DNA from: an uncultured Chloroflexia bacterium
GTDB taxonomy: Bacteria > Chloroflexota > Limnocylindria > Limnocylindrales > CSP1-4
Length of the DNA stretch: 64,000 nucleotides
Direction: 5' to 3'
NCBI GenBank assembly: GCA_963768655.1
Contig: CAVYIM010000007.1
Span: 224,001 to 288,000 of the forward strand
This document shows positions 20,378 through 28,432 of the stretch, in pieces. Within the stretch, counting starts at the first letter, position 1. Every line of letters starts with the position of its first letter. Both the position numbers and the translations under genes were made by a program. The notes beneath the pieces were generated by a model. The model was not told the origin of the DNA. It searched no databases and saw only the letters and a list, made by a program, of their open reading frames with translations.

Positions 20378-20433
20378 GCATGTCAAGCTCTAACCAACTG
20401 AGCTAACCGCCCGGGTGCGGGGCGCATCATAAC
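20378..20433 (-). repeat. Direct-repeat copy of the tRNA-Val promoter and 5' half (tRNA fragment)
   Basis: 33-bp exact repeat 20387-20419 = 19671-19703, plus GCATGTCAAG (anticodon region, 6-bp deletion) and a diverged -10 (TATGAT vs TACGAT). Confidence 0.9.
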
Positions 20434-20525
20434 GCATCAGCCTGTGGCGGGGCTGACGCCGGAGCCGCTCGGGCGGACGGCCTGACACTCGGGCTGAGGG
20501 CGAGGATGCGCCGGACGTCGATCTG

Positions 20526-21584
20526 TCACCCAAGCCAGACCTGGCCCTCCGCCCGTGTGAACGGAGCGGCCGAGTCGGTCTCCTTCGACCAGCCCGAACC
20601 GCTTCGAACGTAGGTGAGCTCATGAATACCCGCCACAACGCCGCTCGCGTCCTCTGTGCCGGAAAGCATGGCCAGGCGCGAACCGTCGGCGCTCAGGGCC
20701 AGATCCCAGACAACCTGCGACGGTTCGAGCGACGCCGCGGTGGGCGGCTCCTTGCCCCCCAGCCAATCGGCGACGGGCGCCACGTAGACCGCTGACTCCG
20801 TTGCCGCAGCGAGGCTCTCGCGATCCGGCGACAGGGCGAAGACACGCACGCCCCCCAACCCGCCCAGGAGAAGGATCGTGCGCTTTGCGGTATCGACGAC
20901 CGCGAGACGTGGGATCTGGCGGGCGTCGTCCGATATCACCGCCAGCCGTTGAGAGTCGATCCATGCGACTGATGGACCAAACGGTGAATCCGGCGCCGGC
21001 AGGAGCTCGACGGTCGACCCATCCGTTGCGACCACACGGAATGCCAGTCCACCCGAAGCTGAGACTGCGATCGCCGTCACGCCGGCGTCCGAGCGATCCA
21101 CACCGACGATCGTTCCGTCGAGCGGCTGGTTGCCCGAACGAGGCGATATCGTCGCCACGGTGGTCTGTGGGCTGGCGTCGGCTCGCAATTCAAGCGATCC
21201 ACCCATTCCCAGGACGAGTGTCTGTCCGTCTCGAGCCAGTGCGGTAGCCTCCGGCAGCGGCCATCGCGGGGCCCAGGTCCCGCCCGTATACGTCCACAGC
21301 CCGACGCCACCCTGGACCCCATCGGCAAGCACGAGCAGCTGCGGTGCCGGCACGCCCGTGGCGACCGGCGACCCCGAAACCGTGGCTTCGGTCGGGTCGG
21401 TTGGACGAATGGAGACGGCAGTGGTCGCTGGAGGCGCGACGCTACCGCTGGCTGTGCCGCCAGATGTGCCCACGCCCGCGGCGCAGCCGGTCGCCGCCAC
21501 GGAGAGGCAGAACGCGACTGGAACCAACTGGCGACTCAGCGTGGCTGCGAGTTCCTTGATACGGGTACGCGAACCGTGGATCAT
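20526..21584 (-). CDS. Putative exported beta-propeller (WD40/TolB-like) lipoprotein
   Basis: AAAGGGGG SD; hydrophobic stretch ending VAATGC; S/T/P linker; repeats FALSPDRESLA, LALSADGSRLA, SVAWIDSQRLA. Confidence 0.7.
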   Translation of the reverse strand: MIHGSRTRIKELAATLSRQLVPVAFCLSVAATGCAAGVGTSGGTASGSVAPPATTAVSIRPTDPTEATVSGSPVATGVPAPQLLVLADGVQGGVGLWTYTGGTWAPRWPLPEATALARDGQTLVLGMGGSLELRADASPQTTVATISPRSGNQPLDGTIVGVDRSDAGVTAIAVSASGGLAFRVVATDGSTVELLPAPDSPFGPSVAWIDSQRLAVISDDARQIPRLAVVDTAKRTILLLGGLGGVRVFALSPDRESLAAATESAVYVAPVADWLGGKEPPTAASLEPSQVVWDLALSADGSRLAMLSGTEDASGVVAGIHELTYVRSGSGWSKETDSAAPFTRAEGQVWLG

Positions 21585-21681
21585 GTGATCCCCCTTTCTG
21601 AGGCGGCCCGCGCCCGCCCAACCGGACGGCCGCGGGCCGCCGAATGGTGGGGTTGCCATCACTGGCCGAACCCCATCGCCT

Positions 21682-22605
21682 TCACTCCACGAAATCTCCA
21701 CCGATGATGGTGCCGTCGCCGGCATCGATGAAGATGCTCATCAGCCAGACGTAGTTGGCCGCGTCGCCGGAGGGCTTCACTTCGCTCACCCAGGCGAGCC
21801 TGTACGGTGCCTCGGAGGCGCTGATCCCGGCCGGATCGAACGCCGCATTGGGCCCGACCCACTCCAGGTCGAGCTTCTGGATCGCATATCCCGAGTTCCG
21901 GCCGGCGAACCAGCGGTTGAGGTTCGTTGCCGCGATCTGGCGGGCCGTCTCCGAAGGAATCGAGCTGAGCGGCGCAGCAGCCAGCTCGTGCTCCGCACGG
22001 GCCACACTCTCGATGCGCCCGTCGGGCCAAACCTGGACGCGAGTCTCGTCGCCACGCACCCGGACACCGTCCTGCGTGCGAGCCCAATGCACCGTCCACC
22101 CGCCCGTTGCCTGATCGGCCTCGGTCGAGGTGGGAGTTCCTACGCCAAGGCCGGCCGCCAGGACTGACTTCTGGGCCGATCTCACGGCGCTGTCCTGGGT
22201 GATTCGAAGGCCCGCCGCAGGGGCGGCATCCAATCGAACCGCGGCCCGCAAACGTCCCTTCGAATCGAACTGAGTGACCGACTCGACGTCGCCTGCGGAG
22301 TCGAGCTCGGTGACCTCGTCGTACTCGGCGTCTTCAAAGCCATCAAGCACGTGACGACCGACGCGTTTGACGCCCACCGGGAAGCCCAACGCCTCGCGCG
22401 CCAGGCCCTCGCGGGCGAGCAGCACCGCGTCGGTATTCGCGTCCAGGGCGGCCTCGACTCGAGACGGATTCCCGATGGTTTCGCCCGGCGAGTCAGGCGA
22501 CCTGGGAGCCGCCTCGATGCGGCCCGCCGATACGGCAACGCACATCAGAGCTATCACGCCCAGGGCCAGGGAGGATCTTGCGTTCTTGATGATGGAGGCT
22601 CGCAT
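21682..22605 (-). CDS. Secreted protein resembling a stand-alone FTP + PepSY propeptide, no catalytic domain seen
   Basis: GAGGTG SD, signal peptide; WARTQDGVRVRGDETRVQVWPDGRIESV (FTP-like); YRLAWVSEV...IFIDAGDGTIIG (PepSY-like). Confidence 0.65.
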   Translation of the reverse strand: MRASIIKNARSSLALGVIALMCVAVSAGRIEAAPRSPDSPGETIGNPSRVEAALDANTDAVLLAREGLAREALGFPVGVKRVGRHVLDGFEDAEYDEVTELDSAGDVESVTQFDSKGRLRAAVRLDAAPAAGLRITQDSAVRSAQKSVLAAGLGVGTPTSTEADQATGGWTVHWARTQDGVRVRGDETRVQVWPDGRIESVARAEHELAAAPLSSIPSETARQIAATNLNRWFAGRNSGYAIQKLDLEWVGPNAAFDPAGISASEAPYRLAWVSEVKPSGDAANYVWLMSIFIDAGDGTIIGGDFVE

Positions 22606-22610
22606 TTCCG

Positions 22611-23380
22611 TCACCTCGACACCGGCCGCATAGGCGTGCCGCTGTAGTAGGGATCGCCCCACCAGTTGGCCTGGAAGGGCTCGCTTGAACTGACGTCTCT
22701 CGTAGCCGCCAATCCCTGAGGCATAGGCAAAAGCGGCGGAAAGCGTCCGGGATCCTGGAGTCCCACCGTTCGCGTAGCTCCAGAAGGCCTTCTCGAAACG
22801 CAAGACTGGAGCTGTCCCAGGTGTGATAGACGTAGCCGAGGTAGAACTCGTAGTCGGTGGCCTGCTTCGTCTTCTCTATCTGGAACGCGGCCGGCATCGT
22901 GCTGGAATTCGAGCCCAGCATGCAGGTCGACATGATGACGATGTTGTAGAACGAGCCCTGGGTGGCGGCCTTGATTGAGCTCGCCCTGATGATGTCCTTC
23001 GAGGAGTTGCACTTCCCCGCGCCGGGATCCTGGAGGAACCCGGAGTCGATGTTCGGTGCACCGCTCGCTGCCCAGTAGTTGTCGCCGTGGCTGTGGACGT
23101 ACACGGCCCAATCGTTGAGAACGTCGCCCAGGACGGCAGCGCGGGTGAACCCAGGTCCCAGGGCTCCCGCCACCGGGGCGAAGCCCAGCTTGCCGAGCTG
23201 CGTGACGGTCAGGCTGTAGAGCTGCTGTGGATAGGTGTCGTTCACACCCAGGCACCCGACCTTGAACGCGTCCGAGTTGGACCACACATGGGCGTCGTAG
23301 GTGGCGGCAGCCTGACCTGGCGCCGCGATCGTGGAGGCCGCGACGGCCATCGAAACGAGACACATGAATGCTCGTTTCAT
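22611..23380 (-). CDS. Secreted caspase/gingipain-fold (clan CD-like) His-Cys protein; two apparent +1 frameshifts (about 22797 and 22698)
   Basis: GGAGGAG SD, signal peptide; AVYVHSHG and NIVIMSTC motifs, FYLGY strand; coding-like continuation FEKAFWSY... and WWGDP in successive frames. Confidence 0.6.
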
Positions 23381-23588
23381 GAAATCTCCTCCCATTCCGG
23401 CGGGCGGATCGATTTGCCGGCGGCGGGTCGAGGCGGGCGGGAAGCTGAGCGGCTGGATGACAGGCCGGCGGAACACCTCCTTCGCGGGCGAGCGCGTCAC
23501 CGTCCAAGGGGCGATGTCCGGCCCTGGCGCCGGTGGGCCCGCCCCCTCGTGCACCCTTACCAGGGCAGGCCCAACGTGCGACGGCGGG

Positions 23589-23621
23589 ACTCTACCCTCG
23601 ACCGCTTATCAGCGGCTTATC
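23589..23621 (-). promoter_or_regulatory. -10 element TAGAGT with tandem GATAAGC repeats over the -35 region
   Basis: GCTTATC at 23604-23610 and 23615-23621 (11-bp period); TAGAGT at 23594-23589. Confidence 0.45.
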
Positions 23622-23665
23622 CGGTGATTTGCCCCGGCCGTCCACGGCCGCCCGCGGGCGCCGTC

Positions 23666-25072
23666 TCAGTCGCGCGGCCCAGCGCTCGCCGCACTGTCCC
23701 AGCGCGCCTTCCCAGTCCCATCGTGCGCCATCTTCTCGTAGCGAACAGGGCCGCCTCGGAGGGCGAGGTTCAGCAGCGCCCGCGGCACGACAGCGAGCCA
23801 GAGCGCGTTGAAGAGTGAAACTCGCAGGGCGCGCCGGGCGCGCTCTGCCCCACCCAGCGCCCCGCCGCCGGCCCCCGTCTCCCAGCGAAGAGCGTCCCAA
23901 CCAAGGCCCGCGCTGACACCGAGGTAGCCGCCCAGAAGCGCGACCAGCGACCGTCTGCGGCCCCGCACCACGCTCGCGGCTGCGGCGCCGGCGACGACGG
24001 TTGGCACGGCAAGCTGGCCGACGTAGGCGACGAAATCCAGCCGCGACCGGGCCGCCAGGCGCGCGCTGGAGATAACGGCCGGTCCGTGCTCGAAGGCGCG
24101 CCTGAAGCCTCCCTCCGCCCAGCGAAGGCGCTGTCGCCAGAGCCCTCTGATCGTCCGGACCGGCTCCTCCCAGACCTCCGCGTCGATCGCCCACGCGACT
24201 CGCTCGCCAGTGATCGAAGCCAGTCGACTGGAGAGGTCGATGTCCTCGGTCAGCGCCGTCGCGCTCCAGCCGCCCGCCGCTGCGAGCAACTCGCGCCTGA
24301 TCATGATCCCGTCGCCGCGGAACTCCGAGCAGCCGCCCATCGCCCAGCGACCTCGGTTCAGCTCGCCGTCCATGGTCTGTTCATCAGCCTGAGCGCCGGC
24401 CAGCCAGCCGGAGTCGGCGTCCAGAATGCGGCGCCTGGCGGTGACTGCGTTCGCGCCGGCCGCGAAGTAGCCCGCGGCTCGCCGCAAGAACCACGGTTCG
24501 ATCCTCGCGTCGGCATCGAGAACGAGGATCACCTGTCCGCGGCAGACGTCAGGCTGGGCGGCCGTCAGCGCGGCCCCTTTCCCGTCCGGGAGTCCGTCGC
24601 CGTCGCGCCGGATCACGCGCGTCACGCTCTCGATCCCGAACTGCCGAGCCGCGGCCACCACGACCTCGCCGCTGCCGTCGCGGGAACGATCGTCGACCAC
24701 GATCAGCTCGAACAGCGGCTCTCCTGCCGCCGAACGGTAGTTCTGGCCGGCCAGGTCGCGCACTATGCGCGGCAGCACTGTGGCTTCGTCGCGCGCTCCG
24801 ACCAGCACGGTAAAGGTGGGCGGGGACGCCAGCGTCTCGAAAGCCTCCGCGGCCGCTTCCGGGGGGATAGGTGGCCGCCGCGTCGCGATCGCCACGGGCA
24901 CCGCGCAGCCGATGGCCACGCCGGCAGTGCCGAGCGCGGCGAGCCTGCCAAGCCGATGCCCGCTCCCGACGTACCCGACGGCCGCTCCGCCTGCGAGGAT
25001 GCCCGCTGCCGCCACCCGCCAGGCGAGGGGCGTGGTGCGTGACTCCTTCGGCGCCGGCGCGCGGACGGTCAC
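23666..25072 (-). CDS. Family 2 glycosyltransferase (processive type)
   Basis: VVDDRSRD, GKGAAL, VLDADA (DxD), LTEDIDL, QRLRW (QxxRW), flanking TM helices. Confidence 0.9.
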   Translation of the reverse strand: MTVRAPAPKESRTTPLAWRVAAAGILAGGAAVGYVGSGHRLGRLAALGTAGVAIGCAVPVAIATRRPPIPPEAAAEAFETLASPPTFTVLVGARDEATVLPRIVRDLAGQNYRSAAGEPLFELIVVDDRSRDGSGEVVVAAARQFGIESVTRVIRRDGDGLPDGKGAALTAAQPDVCRGQVILVLDADARIEPWFLRRAAGYFAAGANAVTARRRILDADSGWLAGAQADEQTMDGELNRGRWAMGGCSEFRGDGIMIRRELLAAAGGWSATALTEDIDLSSRLASITGERVAWAIDAEVWEEPVRTIRGLWRQRLRWAEGGFRRAFEHGPAVISSARLAARSRLDFVAYVGQLAVPTVVAGAAAASVVRGRRRSLVALLGGYLGVSAGLGWDALRWETGAGGGALGGAERARRALRVSLFNALWLAVVPRALLNLALRGGPVRYEKMAHDGTGKARWDSAASAGPRD

Positions 25073-25097
25073 GCCGTCCGTCCCGCTGCGCGGCCTG

Positions 25098-26639
25098 TCA
25101 TCGCCGGACCTGGCTCCCGTCTCGGCCGGGCTCGGGAGCGATCAGATTCGTACCGCCGGCCATCTCCGGTGGCACGATCACCACGCTCACTGGATCTACC
25201 GGTGCCCCGGTTGGCGGAGTGCTGGCCCGGGCTTCCGCCTCGGCCGGCAGCAGCGCGCCTCGCCTAACGACGCTTGAGACCCCCCACAGGCACACGATGA
25301 TGGCCACGACCAGGATCACGCCCTCAGTGCCGACGAAGTCGGCCACAGGGGCGACGATGATGATCGGCGCAAGGCTGGCTATCGACACCAGCATGTTCAA
25401 GACGCCGAATACGCGACCCCGCACGTCTTCGGGCAGCTCTTCCTGAAGCTGCGTCTGCGACGCGATCGAGACGATCGAGAACGCGAAGCCGACCAGGAAG
25501 GCGATGACGACCACCAGAGACAGCACGGAGACGACGCGGCTGGACTCCGCGATCTGAGCCGCGACGTTGTCCTCGAGGAAGCGCGAAATGGGGCCGGCGA
25601 ACGACAGGATCGCCAGCAGGATGCCCATTGCGATCATTCCCGCTTCGATGGTCCGTCGCCGCGGCAGCCGGTGCCCATACGCGTTGAGGGCGATGATTCC
25701 GGCCACTACCCCGAGTCCAAGAGGTAGGACCACCACCACGAAGTCCTTGGTTCCGAGAGCCAGCGTGGTCGTCGCGAACTTAGGCCCGAGGACGCCCAGG
25801 ATGCCGATGAGCGCACCCGTGATGCCGAGGTAGGACAGCGACCACCCAACGGAACGGTGGTCGCGGATGTATGCCAGTCCCTCGGTCAGCTGCCCGAACA
25901 TCGTCTCGACGGCGCGCTCGGCGTCTGCCACGGCCTGCCCCTTGGTAGCCCTGTCTCCGCCCACGGGAGGCGCCGACGGCAGTGTCCAGCAGAAGGCGGC
26001 AGCCACGAAGTACAGGATGCCGACGATCACGATCAGCGCCTGCGGGCTGGCCACGGCTACCAGGAAGGGTCCGACGAGCGCGAACCCCAGGGCGAAAGCG
26101 GCGTTCATGGTGAGGGTGAAGAGTCCGTTGGCCGCGAGGAGCTGGCGACGCGGTACCAGGAACGGGATCATCGACGCCTCAGCCGGGCCGAAGAAGGTGG
26201 TCACCGTCGCCACGAAGATCATCAGCAGGTACAGCAGCGCGAGGTTGCTGTGGACGACGACGATCGCTAGGAATGCCAGCCCGCGGAGCACATTGGTGAC
26301 GAGCAGGATGTGGCGTTTGTCGACACGATCGACGAAGACGCCGGCGATTGCCGAGAAGACGATCGCCGGAACGAGGAAGCTCAGCAGCAGGGCGCCCACG
26401 GCCGTGGACGAGGCGGTCTGAGTGGTGATCAGGATCGTCAGACCGTAGATGACCATGTTGCCGCCGACCTGCGTCGACAGCTGGGCCAGCCACAGCAGCA
26501 GGAACGGCTCGTTGCGCAGGACTGCGAGGGCGCTCAATTCCTGCGCCGGTTCCACGTCCGCGGCGCGGCTTGCGGCAACTCTCGAGCGCGTGGCGGTCAC
26601 GACGCCCGCCTGCCGCGCGGCCCGGCCCGGCATGTTCAT
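25098..26639 (-). CDS. MFS transporter
   Basis: FLLLWLAQLSTQVG, AGVFVDRVDKR (motif A), FFGPAEASMIP, RGRVFG; ATG overlaps the DUF951 stop. Confidence 0.9.
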   Translation of the reverse strand: MNMPGRAARQAGVVTATRSRVAASRAADVEPAQELSALAVLRNEPFLLLWLAQLSTQVGGNMVIYGLTILITTQTASSTAVGALLLSFLVPAIVFSAIAGVFVDRVDKRHILLVTNVLRGLAFLAIVVVHSNLALLYLLMIFVATVTTFFGPAEASMIPFLVPRRQLLAANGLFTLTMNAAFALGFALVGPFLVAVASPQALIVIVGILYFVAAAFCWTLPSAPPVGGDRATKGQAVADAERAVETMFGQLTEGLAYIRDHRSVGWSLSYLGITGALIGILGVLGPKFATTTLALGTKDFVVVVLPLGLGVVAGIIALNAYGHRLPRRRTIEAGMIAMGILLAILSFAGPISRFLEDNVAAQIAESSRVVSVLSLVVVIAFLVGFAFSIVSIASQTQLQEELPEDVRGRVFGVLNMLVSIASLAPIIIVAPVADFVGTEGVILVVAIIVCLWGVSSVVRRGALLPAEAEARASTPPTGAPVDPVSVVIVPPEMAGGTNLIAPEPGRDGSQVRR

Positions 26640-26920
26640 CGCCGGCCCTCGCCGCCTGCCGGGGGCAGGTCGGCGTCCCGAGGAATCGGGGCCACGGCCC
26701 GACTCAAGGCCAGGTCGCCTCGGGCCACGAACCCGGTAGATCGCCGCTCGAGCGTGCGGCGATCGAGCAACACGTGCCGGCCGCAGCCCTGGCAGCGCAG
26801 ACCGATGTCGGCGCCGAGCCGGTCCACGAGCCAGTCGTGCCCGCCGCACGGGTGCGACCGACGCAACCGGACGATGTCCCCGAGTCTGAACTCGACGACA
26901 CCCTGGTCAGGAGACGGCAC
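26636..26920 (-). CDS. DUF951 family protein
   Basis: GDIVRLRRSHPCGGHDW.V.RLGADIGLRCQGCGRHVLL.R. Confidence 0.88.
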   Translation of the reverse strand: MPSPDQGVVEFRLGDIVRLRRSHPCGGHDWLVDRLGADIGLRCQGCGRHVLLDRRTLERRSTGFVARGDLALSRAVAPIPRDADLPPAGGEGRR

Positions 26921-27067
26921 TGTTGTCGACCTGTGCTGAGTGCAAGGACGCGGGTTCCATAATGGCCGCTCAGCCTATCAGAGCCGAAGGCGGCCGTGGC
27001 GGCGGATCGAACGACGACCTGGCGCACCGAGCCCGGCGACATCCGGACGGCCGCATCAGGGCGTCCT

Positions 27068-28432
27068 TCAAGGCGCCCCTCGCGACGAACGTCGGTGCGA
27101 AACGGCGACTGCTACCAGGATCAGGCCCACGAGAACGACCGCTGCGGCCGCAATCGCGTAGGCGGCGGCCGGGATGCCATGTTGCGAACCGGCGCCCGCG
27201 GCACCGGGGCTCGCGGGGGCGCCGGGCACCGACAGCGGCGTTCGAGCTGAAGTGAATCCGGCTGCCCCGGTCGTGGTCCAGTCGGACGGGACCGGGCCGG
27301 TTGGCTCCGGCTGCGGGCCGAATGAACTGACAGGTGTGGCGCCGTTGTCCTTCTGCCAGGCCTGGTCGAACGCCTCGGTGTCGATGCCGATGGCCGTCTT
27401 GAACGCGTCATCGTCCGACACGCCCGTGCCGTAGGTCTTGACGAGCCTGTCCAGGTCGGCCTGGCCGTAAGTCCGCATGAAGTAGTCCACTGCCGACACC
27501 AATTCGGCATAGGCCAGGTAGAACCCCTGCTGGCTCGTCGGGAACTCGCCCCGGAGGGCCGCGAGCGGCATCAGGCTGCCGTCGGAAGCAGCCTGGGCGA
27601 CCAGTTGCTTGTCCGAGCTGTCGTATCCCTGCGAAACGTATACGGCGATGCCCTCGTTGAGCCAGCGCGGAGGGTCGTGATAGGGGTTTCCGGTGATATC
27701 CGCGAACACCACGTGCGTCAGCTCGTGGGGCACAACCGTCGAGGCGTACGAGAGATCGCCGGGCGCGATCAGGGCGAAGAGCGTCCTCGTGTCCGGATTG
27801 GCCTCGCCACCCACGTTGTCCCGCGTGGCCGGACCCAGAGCGTCGTAGAAGGGCGTCTGGTCGGCGTAGACGTAGAAGTCGATGGGGGCGGTTTCGTCGT
27901 AGCCCAGGAAAGCGGACGCTTTGGCTATCCCGTCCTCGCCCATCTGCAATGCCTGCTGGGCGAACGTGTCGTCGCCTTCGTACCAATGAAGCCGGACGAT
28001 CGTCCCGACCTTGGTCTGCCAGTCGAACCTGTCGTCCTGGTAGTTGACTTGAACGTCGGGTCCGGTTTCGACCGTGCCGTCCGCCAGGACCACCTGGAAA
28101 TGGGCGGCTAGCTGCGTGTTCGGTTGCATCTCCCCGGACGAAGTGTCGAGTTCGTAGTCGAAGCTGCCCGTCCCCGGGCTCTCGAGCTTGATCACGGAAG
28201 GCCCGTAGTCGCCCGGATAGGTGATGACGATGTCGACCTCGCTGAAGGTTCCGCCGCCGGTATAGGGCTGAGTGAAGTCGATCCCCTTACCGAAAGTGGA
28301 CGTGGCAGTCGGCGTTCCGAACGTGATCGAAGCGCCGAGAACCGACGCCGCGCTGGCGCCGACCGCCGCCGGGGCAAGCACGGCCGCCATGAACGCGACG
28401 CGGACGAGCCTGTAGCGCAGTGACAGCTTCAT
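27068..28432 (-). CDS. Peptidase MA-like zinc metallopeptidase with C-terminal membrane anchor
   Basis: Signal peptide; HELTH plus WLNEGIA (gluzincin); C-terminal hydrophobic helix and basic tail; ATG overlaps the upstream stop. Confidence 0.85.
   Translation of the reverse strand: MKLSLRYRLVRVAFMAAVLAPAAVGASAASVLGASITFGTPTATSTFGKGIDFTQPYTGGGTFSEVDIVITYPGDYGPSVIKLESPGTGSFDYELDTSSGEMQPNTQLAAHFQVVLADGTVETGPDVQVNYQDDRFDWQTKVGTIVRLHWYEGDDTFAQQALQMGEDGIAKASAFLGYDETAPIDFYVYADQTPFYDALGPATRDNVGGEANPDTRTLFALIAPGDLSYASTVVPHELTHVVFADITGNPYHDPPRWLNEGIAVYVSQGYDSSDKQLVAQAASDGSLMPLAALRGEFPTSQQGFYLAYAELVSAVDYFMRTYGQADLDRLVKTYGTGVSDDDAFKTAIGIDTEAFDQAWQKDNGATPVSSFGPQPEPTGPVPSDWTTTGAAGFTSARTPLSVPGAPASPGAAGAGSQHGIPAAAYAIAAAAVVLVGLILVAVAVSHRRSSRGAP

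Noticed and set aside
20378-20412. Second functional tRNA-Val
   Set aside because: Only the 5' half is present, with a deletion in the anticodon stem and no T arm or CCA
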